Origin: Escherichia coli
GTDB lineage: Bacteria > Pseudomonadota > Gammaproteobacteria > Enterobacterales > Enterobacteriaceae
Length of the DNA stretch: 64,000 nt
Strand: one strand, 5' to 3'
Assembly (NCBI RefSeq): GCF_029227855.1
Contig: NZ_CP074356.1
The notes beneath the pieces were generated by a model that searched no databases, was not told where the DNA came from, and was given only the letters and a program-made list of their open reading frames with translations. A program made the position numbers and the translations under genes. Of the stretch, positions 10,884 through 20,772 are shown in pieces. Position 1 is the stretch's first letter; each line of letters starts with the position of its first letter.

Positions 10884-11071
10884 CGCGTAGGAAAAAGTTT
10901 CCTAATCGGTAAATTCAACATTTTGTTATTAACAATGAGCAAGACCAATCATTAACGAGGTTCTCTTCAGAGATGTAATGAAAAAATGTGAAGTTTACTT
11001 CTTTTTTAAATATTTTTTTACCCTAGCATTTGTTCTCGAATTGATATTGAGCTTAAATATAACCAAGGCAA

Positions 11072-11926
11072 ATGCAAATGAATAACATATTACTTCCGCC
11101 AATTAATATTCCCTGTACACTTTTCGAAACTATTAGTTTATTCGATGATTTTTCTGCTGATGATATGCAATATGGTGATATGGTAGAACAAGACTTTCTC
11201 TCACTCGGCCTAAGCGATATCTCAGCAAAAGTTGATCCTTACAGACTTATTAAATACCATTTCCCTGGCCCAGGTTCTATTAATGTTGCTTTTAGTGCCT
11301 CAAGTTCCGGAACAAAAATATCACAACGTGAATGCACTGATATTTTATTTGCAGAAATGAAAGAACTAGCAAAAATGCTTTCCTTTTTTGGACAATATAA
11401 AACACTTATCGAAGATCTGATTGAACATTTTAGATATGGAAATGGCAGCAATTTTCATAGCCAACAATTAAATTTATCTTTTCATGAAAAAATAAATAAA
11501 TATGGTTATAATAGTCCAATACGAATAATCAAAGAATGTATCGAAAATGGCATTAATTCAACTCCCTCGACAGGATACCAACCTCTTATCCTGCAAAGCA
11601 TTAAAACCAAATTACTTTCATCAAGACTAAATAAATTTAATGACTTCGAGGACAGTTTTAATGGCTTAGGAATCAGTGTTCATGATATTTCAGCTCAAAA
11701 AATATCTCTTTTAAGTTTTCAAAAATACGCTATAGGATGGAGTGCAACAATTCATTTTGTAGCACAGGACCACTTCGGTCTTGATGTAACTGATATCAAA
11801 AACAAGACTTACAGCAAATATAGATTTTTTCGCATATGGTTCTTTTTACAACGGCATAAAGACTTTGCTTTCAAACCTTTTTTCACCAATTTTAACACTA
11901 TCGAAAGAATCGAAAATTATCTATGA
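11072..11926 (+). CDS. hypothetical protein, 284 aa, no recognisable motif; first gene of a low-GC two-gene cassette
   Basis: Long ORF in a region of about one-third G+C; AAGG Shine-Dalgarno 7 nt upstream; no signal peptide or TM segment evident; stop overlaps the start of the next ORF (ATGA). Confidence 0.6.
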   Translation: MQMNNILLPPINIPCTLFETISLFDDFSADDMQYGDMVEQDFLSLGLSDISAKVDPYRLIKYHFPGPGSINVAFSASSSGTKISQRECTDILFAEMKELAKMLSFFGQYKTLIEDLIEHFRYGNGSNFHSQQLNLSFHEKINKYGYNSPIRIIKECIENGINSTPSTGYQPLILQSIKTKLLSSRLNKFNDFEDSFNGLGISVHDISAQKISLLSFQKYAIGWSATIHFVAQDHFGLDVTDIKNKTYSKYRFFRIWFFLQRHKDFAFKPFFTNFNTIERIENYL

Positions 11927-12414
11927 AAAGCAAACTCCAGAAAATTATATTATGTTTATTTCTTCTATGCTGCATCTATAATTTATGGACATTGCGTCCT
12001 GTACAGATTTTGTATACATACTCTGATGCTGGCAATTCAGTCTTTCTGGTCGTTGATCATCTGCCATGGACTGACAGCGATAAAATAAATTGGTATCTGA
12101 AGCATCAGAATGAAATTAAAAATCAACATCCCCTACCAGAAGGTAGTTGGCATACCTGGTATGTCATTGATATCGGTAATGGCTTCACTGACTATAAAAA
12201 ATATATCGAAGGGCCGTATGAAGATCTCTACTGTTTCCCGACAATTAAGAGCAATGATAATTGCATCGTGAAAAATTACTTAATGGTTATTAATGAATAC
12301 CCTTATCGTAACACTCATATTGGTATTAACGATTTTACTGAGTATCAATTAACACAAGAAAATAAAATAGAGCGAGTTTTCAATCCGCATGACTTTAAAT
12401 ACGACAATTTTTAG
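11923..12414 (+). CDS. hypothetical protein, 163 aa, with N-terminal signal peptide or membrane anchor; second gene of the cassette
   Basis: N-terminus MKSKLQKIILCLFLLCCIYNLWTL (basic then hydrophobic); Tyr/Trp/Asn-rich remainder; translationally coupled to the upstream ORF; ends 41 bp before the corA stop (convergent). Confidence 0.6.
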   Translation: MKSKLQKIILCLFLLCCIYNLWTLRPVQILYTYSDAGNSVFLVVDHLPWTDSDKINWYLKHQNEIKNQHPLPEGSWHTWYVIDIGNGFTDYKKYIEGPYEDLYCFPTIKSNDNCIVKNYLMVINEYPYRNTHIGINDFTEYQLTQENKIERVFNPHDFKYDNF

Positions 12415-12455
12415 AAATAAGCCGGATAAAAAAATAGCTTTATCCGGCACTCATA

Positions 12456-13406
12456 TTACAGCCAGTTCTTGCGCTTAAAGTACAGATACGGTGCCAGGCC
12501 CGCGAGGATCATAAAGATAATCGCGCCTGGGTAGCCGAAACTCCACTTCAGTTCTGGCATAAACTCAAAGTTCATCCCATAGCTGGAAGCAACGAGCGTC
12601 GGCGGCAGGAATACCACGGATACCACCGAGAAGATTTTGATGATGCGGTTCTGCTCGATGTTGATAAAGCCCATCGCCGCCTGCATCAGGAAGTTCACCT
12701 TCTGGAACAGGGATTCGTTATGCGGCAGCAGGGATTCGATATCTCGCAGGATTTCACGCGCCTGCTCCAGTTGCCCACCCGGTAAACGCGCCTTGCGTAC
12801 CAGGAAGTTGAGCGCACGCTGGGTATCCATCAGACACAGGCGAACTTTCCAGCCGATATCTTCCAGTTCCGCCAGCGTGGAGAGCGCCTCATCGTACTCA
12901 TCGCCCTGATGCCCTTCCATAATTACCCGGCTCAACTGCTCCAGATCGCTGTAGATATTTTCAATTTCATCTGCCAGCTGTTCGATTTTGGTTTCGAACA
13001 GATCCAACAGCAGCTCGTAGGCGTTACCGTCCACCATTGACTGGCTACGGGCGCGCATACGATACAGACGGAATGCAGGCAGTTCACGCTCACGCAGAGT
13101 AAACAGACGACCATCACGGATGGTAAATGCCACAGTGGAGTTACCGGCGTGATCTTCCGCATCTTCAAAGAAGAAGAAGGAGTGAATATGCAGGCCGTCA
13201 TCGTCTTCAAAGAAACGTGCCGATGCTTCGATGTCTTCCAGTTCCGGGCGGGTTGCCAGGCTCTGGCCAAGTTCAGATTGTACGCGCAGTCGCTCGTCGT
13301 CGTCCGGTTCGACAAGATCAATCCATACTGCATTTACAAGGGGTTGTGACTCTTCGACTTCCAGCCGGGTCAGTCGGTTATTTTCCAGTTGAAATGCGCT
13401 CAGCAT
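12456..13406 (-). CDS. corA: Mg2+/Co2+ transport protein CorA
   Basis: 316 aa from [12 protein letters not shown]; C-terminal TM helices with the YGMNF signature (GMN motif). Confidence 0.93.
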   Translation of the reverse strand: MLSAFQLENNRLTRLEVEESQPLVNAVWIDLVEPDDDERLRVQSELGQSLATRPELEDIEASARFFEDDDGLHIHSFFFFEDAEDHAGNSTVAFTIRDGRLFTLRERELPAFRLYRMRARSQSMVDGNAYELLLDLFETKIEQLADEIENIYSDLEQLSRVIMEGHQGDEYDEALSTLAELEDIGWKVRLCLMDTQRALNFLVRKARLPGGQLEQAREILRDIESLLPHNESLFQKVNFLMQAAMGFINIEQNRIIKIFSVVSVVFLPPTLVASSYGMNFEFMPELKWSFGYPGAIIFMILAGLAPYLYFKRKNWL

Positions 13407-13775
13407 GACCGGGACTCCCAATGCTTAAAATATCGGACAGTTCGGTGGGCACACAGAAACAAATTGGGTTTCAGACCATTAAACAGCCTGACTCAGCGCG
13501 ACGGGAAAAATTGAGGTCGCTGACAACCGCTAAGGCTATCAGCAAAAAGGGATAGCCTTAGGAGTTGATCCTGGATGACAGGATAGTGAGCCAGTATCTA
13601 CTGGGTGTGTCCAAGGCGAATGTCCTCTTAGAGTGATCGTGCGCGCATGTTACGCCAGCAAAATTTTGCCGTCAACACGCAACAGAACACCACAGAACAA
13701 TAGTTGAACTTCGCGCTTTTTGGTACTCGTCAAGGTCGCTAACAGGATAAAAAAATCCAACATCCAGGACCTATA

Positions 13776-14540
13776 ATGGCGCATCGGCTACTCATTGGTA
13801 AAGGAATGATCACCTTGAATCTCAAACGGATTTTTCTCGCCCTCACCTTACTTCCCTTGTTTGCTGTTGCCGCTGATGATTGCGCACTCTCAGATCCGAC
13901 GCTGACCGTACAGGCGTATACCGTTAATCCTCAAACAGAGCGGGTGAAAATGTACTGGCAAAAAGCCAATGGCGAAGCGTGGGGAACTTTACATGCTCTG
14001 CTGGCGGATATGAATAGTCAGGGTCAGGTGCAGATGGCGATGAACGGCGGCATCTATGATGAAAGCTATGCGCCGCTCGGTTTGTACATCGAAAACGGTC
14101 AGCAGAAGGTGGCGTTAAATCTCGCTTCAGGTGAAGGGAATTTCTTTATCCGTCCTGGCGGCGAGTTTTATGTCGCGGGAGATAAAGTCGGCATCGTTCG
14201 TCTGGATGCCTTCAAAACCAGTAAAGAGATTCAGTTTGCGGTGCAGTCAGGGCCAATGTTGATGGAAAACAGTGTAATTAATCCGCGTATTCATCCCAAC
14301 GTCGCCTCACGTAAAATTCGTAACGGTGTTGGGATTAATAAACATGGGAATGCCGTGTTTTTGTTGAGCCAGCAGGCGACAAATTTTTATGATTTTGCCT
14401 GTTATGCCAAAGCGAAACTGAACGTTGAGCAGCTGCTTTATCTTGATGGCACGATTTCACATATGTATATGAAAGGCGGGGCAATCCCGTGGCAACGCTA
14501 TCCTTTTGTCACCATGATTTCCGTAGAGCGGAAAGGTTAA
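13776..14540 (+). CDS. yigE: conserved protein of unknown function (YigE-like), probable signal peptide
   Basis: 254-aa ORF with an N-terminal hydrophobic region (IFLALTLLPLFAVAADD); synteny between corA and uvrD. Confidence 0.8.
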   Translation: MAHRLLIGKGMITLNLKRIFLALTLLPLFAVAADDCALSDPTLTVQAYTVNPQTERVKMYWQKANGEAWGTLHALLADMNSQGQVQMAMNGGIYDESYAPLGLYIENGQQKVALNLASGEGNFFIRPGGEFYVAGDKVGIVRLDAFKTSKEIQFAVQSGPMLMENSVINPRIHPNVASRKIRNGVGINKHGNAVFLLSQQATNFYDFACYAKAKLNVEQLLYLDGTISHMYMKGGAIPWQRYPFVTMISVERKG

Positions 14541-14576
14541 AACGATAGTTTTGTGTCAGATACTGAAGATGGCGCA

Positions 14577-14683
14577 GATGCCGGATGCGGCGTAAACGCC
14601 CTATCCGGCCTACATGACGTTGCAATTTATTGAATATGAATGATTTTTTAGGCCAAATAAGGTGCGCAGCACCGCATCCGGCA
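14577..14683. repeat. BIME-like cluster: two REP units flanking an IHF-like motif
   Basis: gatgccggatgcggcgtaaacgccctatccggcctac and ggtgcgcagcaccgcatccggca with tgcaatttattgaat between them; lies between convergent yigE and uvrD. Confidence 0.6.
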
Positions 14684-14686
14684 ACG

Positions 14687-16849
14687 TTACACCGACTCCA
14701 GCCGGGCGTATGCCGCCACCAGCCATTTAATACCCTGGCCCTGGAATGCCACCTGCAAACGGCTATGCTCGCCGCTGCCTTCCATATTGACGATGGTGCC
14801 TTCACCAAACTTAGCGTGGCGTACACGCTGACCGAGCTTGTAGCCGCTGTCGTTCTCGACCATCGGCGTCCCCATCCGTTGATGGCTGACCGGACGACTT
14901 ACCGTAGCGCGCAGGCGCACCTCTTCCACACACTCTTCCGGCAGCTCGCCGATAAAGCGCGACGGGCGATGGTAAACCTCTTTACCATACAGACGGCGGG
15001 TTTCCGCGTAGGTCAGCGTCAGTTTCTGCATCGCGCGGGTTACACCAACGTAGGCCAGACGGCGTTCTTCTTCCAGACGCCCGCCTTCATCCAGCGACAT
15101 CTGGCTTGGGAACATACCCTCTTCCATACCGACAATAAACACCTGCGGGAACTCCAGGCCTTTCGCCGAGTGCAGCGTCATCAACTGCACTGCATCCTGC
15201 CAGGTATCCGCCTGCCCCTCGCCCGCTTCCAGCGCCGCATGGGAGAGGAATGCCTGCAGCGGCATTAAATCTTCATCTTCTTCGTTGTAGCTGAACTGGC
15301 GCGTTGCCGTCACCAGTTCCTCTAAGTTTTCGATACGCGTCTGGCCTTTTTCGCCCTTCTCCTGCTCGTACATGGTGCGCAGGCCGGAGTCTTTAATTAC
15401 CCGGTCAGTCTGTACATGCAGCGGCATATCGGCAGTTTCTTGCGCTAAGGCATCGATTAATTCCATAAATCGCTGCAAGGCGCTGGCAGCTCGCCCGGCG
15501 AGGGCTTTTTCCTGCAACAGTTCACGACATGCCTGCCAGAGTGTTAACTGGCGATCGCGCGATGTCTGACGTACCACGTCCAGCGTCCGGTCACCAATAC
15601 CCCGCGTTGGCGTATTCACCACGCGCTCAAACGCCGCGTCGTCGTTACGGTTGGCAATCAGACGCAGATACGAGAGCGCGTCTTTGATTTCCTGGCGTTC
15701 GAAGAAGCGCATCCCGCCGTAAATACGGTACGGCATACTGGCCTGCAACAGTGCTTCTTCCAGTACACGCGACTGGGCGTTACTGCGGTAGAGAATGGCG
15801 CACTCGGCAAGCGCCCCGCCGTTGTCCTGCCAGGTTTTGATGCGGTTAACCACAAAACGCGCTTCATCGAGTTCGTTAAAAGCGCAATAGAGGGAAATAG
15901 GCTCACCGTCCGCGCCATCGGTCCACAGTTTTTTACCCAGACGCCCGTTATTGTTTTCAATCAGGGCGTTAGCGGCGCTCAGAATATTGCTGGTAGAGCG
16001 GTAGTTTTGCTCCAGACGAATAGTTTCGGCACCGGGGAAATCATTAAGGAAACGCTGAATATTCTCCACCTGCGCCCCGCGCCAGCCGTAGATTGACTGG
16101 TCGTCATCACCGACGATCATCACTTTGCCGGTGTCGCCCGCCAGCAGGCGGATCCACGCGTACTGAATGTTGTTGGTATCCTGGAATTCGTCCACCAGGA
16201 TATTGGTAAAACGTTCGCGGTAGTGTTGTAGGATATGCGGCTTGTTAAGCCACAGTTCGTGAGCGCGCAGCAGCAGCTCGGCGAAGTCCACCAGGCCCGC
16301 GCGGTCACACGCTTCCTGATACGCCTGATACACCTTCTGCCAGGTCTGCTCCACCGGATTACCGTAGCTTTGAATATGATGCGGACGCAGGCCTTCATCT
16401 TTCTGGCTGTTGATGTACCACATTGCCTGGCGCGGCGGCCACTGCTTCTCGTCGAGGTTCATGGCTTTGATCAGACGCTTAAGCAGGCGCAGCTGGTCCT
16501 CGCTATCGAGGATCTGGAAATCCTGCGGCAGATTGGCGTCCATATGGTGCGCACGCAGCAGGCGGTGCGCCAGCCCGTGGAAGGTGCCGACCCACATGCC
16601 GCCCTGGCTGGTGCCCATCAGTTGCCCGATACGATGACGCATCTCCGCCGCCGCTTTGTTGGTAAACGTCACCGCCATAATCGAGTATGGCGAGCAGTTT
16701 TCCACGCTCATCAGCCAGGCGATACGATGCACCAGTACGCGCGTCTTACCACTGCCCGCGCCCGCCAGCACCAGAAGGTTGCTGCGTGGCGCGGCCACCG
16801 CTTCGCGCTGTTTGTCATTAAGGCTGTCGAGCAGGTAAGAAACGTCCAT
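14687..16849 (-). CDS. uvrD: DNA helicase II UvrD
   Basis: ORF track gives 783 aa; true start MDVSYLLDSLNDKQREAVAAP gives 720 aa; Walker A AGAGSGKT; UvrD/Rep family. Confidence 0.93.
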   Translation of the reverse strand: MDVSYLLDSLNDKQREAVAAPRSNLLVLAGAGSGKTRVLVHRIAWLMSVENCSPYSIMAVTFTNKAAAEMRHRIGQLMGTSQGGMWVGTFHGLAHRLLRAHHMDANLPQDFQILDSEDQLRLLKRLIKAMNLDEKQWPPRQAMWYINSQKDEGLRPHHIQSYGNPVEQTWQKVYQAYQEACDRAGLVDFAELLLRAHELWLNKPHILQHYRERFTNILVDEFQDTNNIQYAWIRLLAGDTGKVMIVGDDDQSIYGWRGAQVENIQRFLNDFPGAETIRLEQNYRSTSNILSAANALIENNNGRLGKKLWTDGADGEPISLYCAFNELDEARFVVNRIKTWQDNGGALAECAILYRSNAQSRVLEEALLQASMPYRIYGGMRFFERQEIKDALSYLRLIANRNDDAAFERVVNTPTRGIGDRTLDVVRQTSRDRQLTLWQACRELLQEKALAGRAASALQRFMELIDALAQETADMPLHVQTDRVIKDSGLRTMYEQEKGEKGQTRIENLEELVTATRQFSYNEEDEDLMPLQAFLSHAALEAGEGQADTWQDAVQLMTLHSAKGLEFPQVFIVGMEEGMFPSQMSLDEGGRLEEERRLAYVGVTRAMQKLTLTYAETRRLYGKEVYHRPSRFIGELPEECVEEVRLRATVSRPVSHQRMGTPMVENDSGYKLGQRVRHAKFGEGTIVNMEGSGEHSRLQVAFQGQGIKWLVAAYARLESV

Positions 16850-16897
16850 TGGCACCGCCGCGTAAAAATAGGTTGGGCGGAGAAGCGCAACGCCCTC

Positions 16898-16913
16898 CGC
16901 CAAAAAGCTGGGT
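16898..16913 (-). promoter_or_regulatory. LexA (SOS) box in the uvrD promoter
   Basis: On the uvrD strand reads CTGTATATATACCCAG (CTGT-N8-CCAG, close to CTGT-N8-ACAG), about 50 bp upstream of the uvrD start. Confidence 0.6.
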
Positions 16914-16932
16914 ATATATACAGATTTGCTGA

Positions 16933-17649
16933 TTATATCAGCGAGGTCAGAGATGCCAACCGGGAAATTTCCAGATGCGGCAGTAAACGGCTGTCCCAGG
17001 TTTGCATCAGATCGCCATTTTCCGGTCTGATCCAACAAGCCTGCATTCCGCTGCGAATTGCCCCACCCACGTCAGTGGTGAGATCGTCCCCAACATGTAA
17101 GATCTCGCCGATCGGCACGTTGAGTTTTTCCGCAGCCAAAAAGTACATATCGCTGAACGGTTTTGAGCGCCCGTGCGGGCCAGCGCGCAGCACAAACTCA
17201 AAATAATCCCCCAAACCAAACAGTTCCGGCTGGGCGTTACCGTTGGTGATCGCCACCAGCGGCCATTTCTTCGCCAGCTGTTTTAAGGTGTCGTGAGTTT
17301 GCTGCGGGACGTCGATTCGGCTGCGCCATTTGGCAAAGTTAATCATTGCTGCGTGTGCGCCTGCACTGGCTTCTTCGGCACTCAGCCCGGCGTCGAGCAT
17401 CGCTTGTTCAATCGAACGAAAACGCCAACGCGTCACGTCGTGATAAATCTCGGGTTCCGCTTCCCGTACCGCCTGGCGCAGGCGTTGCAGATCTTCATTC
17501 TGGAAGCTGCGCAGCGCCGGATGATAATTTTGCACAAAGGTAAGCGCCTCTCGCTCGGTGCGCAAAATCACCGGACGGTTATCGTAAAGGGTATCATCCA
17601 GGTCAAAGGTGAGCGCCGAGATGCGCCCCAAAGGCCGGTAAAAACGCAT
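16933..17649 (-). CDS. yigB: HAD-family hydrolase (FMN phosphatase-type) YigB
   Basis: 238-aa ORF with HAD motif I ([11 protein letters not shown]); last gene of the dapF-yigA-xerC-yigB operon. Confidence 0.85.
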
Positions 17650-18545
17650 TATTTCCCCCGTTTGGCGCGTGGATGCGCCGCATCGTACACCGAGGCAAGG
17701 TGTTGAAAATCAAGATGAGTATAGATTTGCGTGGTGGAGAGGTTGGCATGACCCAGCAGCTCCTGCACACCACGAAGATCGCCGCTCGACTCCAGCATAT
17801 GCGTAGCGAACGAGTGACGTAATTTATGTGGGTGAACGTGATTATTCAGCCCTTGTTTTATGCCCCATTCGGCAAAGCGTTTCTGCACATTACGCGCGGA
17901 GATACGCTTGCCCAGTTTCGACAGAAAAAGCGCGTCGTCTTCGCTACCAAACAGGTCGCGCAAATCAAGCCAGTGCTCAATCCACGCCACAGCGTTGCGA
18001 CCAATCGGCAGGCGGCGCTCTTTGCTGCCTTTCCCCATTACCCACACTTCACCAGACTCCAGGTCGAGGTGTTTGATATCCAGCCCCACCAGCTCGGAAA
18101 GACGCAGACCCGCGCCGTACATCACTTCCAGCATTGCACGGTCGCGTACAGCGAGGGGATCGTTGATATCAATATCCAGCAGCCGATTCATATCGTCGAC
18201 GTCGATGTTTTTCGGCAGATGACGCGGCGCTTTCGGTGCCGAAACTCCTTTCGCCGGGTTAGCTTTGAGTTCGTTCTGGCTGACCAGCCAGTCAAAAAAG
18301 CTACGTAGCGCAGAAAGCCGTAACGCGAGGCTTGCTGCTCCCAGCCCTTTACGGCGACTGCGTACAGCAAAATTGCGCACCATCGTCACATCACATTGCT
18401 GCCAGCTTTGCAGGCCGTTTTCGCTGGCAAAATTGATGATCGCCTCAAGCTGACGCTGGTAGTTAAGCAGGGTTATCGGGCTAAGCTGGCGCTCCACGCT
18501 CAGATAACGTAGGTAGCGTTCTACATCGGTGTGTAAATCGGTCAT
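17649..18545 (-). CDS. xerC: site-specific tyrosine recombinase XerC
   Basis: 298-aa ORF with the catalytic region [12 protein letters not shown]...[16 protein letters not shown]; overlaps neighbours by 1-4 bp. Confidence 0.92.
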
Positions 18546-19249
18546 ACGCGTTCAATCCAACGCTCCAGAAGCTCCGGCAACATCAGCGCAATTTCATGAA
18601 GTAACTGCGTTCCTTGCCCTTGTTGATAGTGACTGGCATCGCGACTGGTAAACAGCACGACACCCAAATCAGCATCGCTTCCCAGCATCGACATCGCCAC
18701 CGATCCCACCGCTTTCGCTTCCGGTAGCACCACCAGCAGCTCTGGTCCGTTAAGCGGCCCAAGATAGTGCTGTTCCTGCCCCAAACGCTGAATACGCAGC
18801 GGTTCGAAAGACTGACGGCTTAATGCCAGATGAGTGTGGTTCGACGGCGCACCTAAGCGCCAGCGATCCGGAAACAGGCGCAGACTCGCACCTGCCAGGC
18901 CGAGATCGCGCGCCCAGCGGTGAAAGCGCATCAGCATATCGTCGAGACTGCTGGCGGCGGTGAGACTGCGCTGCAGGTAGAGTAGGCGATAAAACAGGCC
19001 TTCGTTGGCGATAGCCTGTTCCATCAACAGCGCCATGTTCTCTTCCAGAACATGAATATGATTACGTGCGCGGGCCATGTGCCACTCGACCAACGAAACG
19101 GTGCCGCGTACCGGATGCGGCACACGTATCGCTTCTACTGCGCGCGCATTACGGATAAAAAACTCAGGATTTTTAATCAGATAATCGACAACCGCCCGGT
19201 CATCAAGCTCCGTGAGTGTTTCCTGCAGTTCTTCCCCTGGTTGCTTCAT
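18542..19249 (-). CDS. yigA: DUF484-family protein YigA
   Basis: 235-aa ORF between dapF and xerC with 4-bp overlaps (operon). Confidence 0.85.
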
Positions 19250-20070
19250 AGATGAATAAATCCGTCGTAGACATGTACCGCCGGGCCAGTCATATATAAC
19301 GGGTGACCCGGACCTTTCCAGGCGATATCAAGACGACCGCCGGGGAGTTCCACGCGTACTTCTTCGGCCAGCAAACCTTGCTGAATCCCTACTGCAACCG
19401 CCGCACACGCGCCGCTGCCGCAGGCCTGGGTTTCTCCTGCCCCACGCTCATAAACGCGTAAACGAATATGCTCGCGCTTAACCACTTGCATAAAACCGAT
19501 ATTGGCTCGCTCCGGAAAACGCTCGTGGCTTTCCAGAACAGGACCAAGCGTTTCTACCGCCGCGGTATCGACATCATCGACCTGAATCACGCAATGCGGA
19601 TTTCCCATCGACACCACGCCGCATAAGATTGTCTGCTCGGCGGCGCGCATAATATAGGTCTTTTCCGCTTTGTTAGCGCGAAACGGCACGGCGGAAGGTT
19701 CGAAGTTGGGTTCGCCCATATTTACGCGGACCAGATCATCATCGGTGACGGTCAGAACCATCCGCCCGTTGGCGGTGCTGACGCGGATATCGCGCTTATT
19801 GGTCAGCCCTTTCAGACGCACAAAACGGGCAAAGCAGCGCGCACCATTGCCGCACTGCGCCACTTCACTGCCATCAGCATTGAAAATGCGATAGTGAAAA
19901 TCCAGTTCAGGATCATACGGCGGCTCAACCACCAGCAGTTGGTCAAACCCTACTCCCAGGTGCCGATCAGCCAGGCGACGAATCAGCTCCGGTGAAAAAA
20001 AGACATTCTGCGTTACCGCGTCGACGACCATAAAATCGTTGCCAAGGCCATGCATTTTCGAGAACTGCAT
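19246..20070 (-). CDS. dapF: diaminopimelate epimerase
   Basis: 274 aa from [19 protein letters not shown] (GNDF motif) and catalytic Cys motif GNGARC. Confidence 0.92.
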
Positions 20071-20106
20071 CATTTACTCCAATCACGCGGGTACAGAAAC
20101 TGACTT

Positions 20107-20310
20107 TTAGTAATTCACCTGGGATGGACCATCGCCAGTGGCGCGATCGTTTTTATCCGGCACCGTGGATTGCGTTTGCGTCTCTACCGGTTTGGTCGGC
20201 GGCGGTGCGTTTTTATCTGCAGGCGGGAAATAGAGCGGACCTTTCAGACCGCAGCCCGTCAGGCTGAAGAGAGTAAGTAATACAGTGAGTGCCTTAAACA
20301 CGTTTTTCAT
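20107..20310 (-). CDS. yifL: small lipoprotein YifL
   Basis: 67-aa ORF with lipobox LTGC after a signal peptide (MKNVFKALTVLLTLFSLTGCG); immediately upstream of dapF. Confidence 0.8.
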   Translation of the reverse strand: MKNVFKALTVLLTLFSLTGCGLKGPLYFPPADKNAPPPTKPVETQTQSTVPDKNDRATGDGPSQVNY

Positions 20311-20772
20311 TATGGATTGCCTGTAAAGTTCATCGCTTTCTGCTTTCTATCATCGCAGGAGAAGACGTAAAAGCAAGCGTTTAGCGACTCTTTATGAAGT
20401 CTGAAAAGTGAGGAAATGCTGCGAGTATAACGCTTACTCGTGGGGATTTATGTTTTGCTGGTAGTTTCGTGATCGGCACCTCGCGCCAGGATGGCTTTAT
20501 GCACTATCGCAATGTAGTTTGTTTGTTGGCTTTTTTAGTTCCGTCAGCGTGAGGATGCTCGCTCGGTAAACCTGATCATAATGTTTACCAGAAACAGGGA
20601 AAGGCGTGGTGTAACTGCGCCCTAATGAAGAGACAAATCTTTCGCTACACTGAGACATCATTATTCCGGTGACGGATGAATCGTGCCGGAACGCAGCCGC
20701 AGAGGTGCAAACTTTGAAGCCCTGACCCCATGCCGCTATACTGCCGCCATCACTTAAAAACAGGATACAACA

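Noticed and set aside
10137-11071. Possible IS element or integrase at the corA insertion
   Set aside because: No transposase or integrase-like ORF and no terminal inverted repeats could be identified by eye; the insert carries only the two hypothetical ORFs, so no mobile-element gene is annotated.
16235-17206. 323-aa plus-strand ORF
   Set aside because: Antisense to uvrD and yigB; Arg/His-rich low-complexity translation typical of antisense frames.
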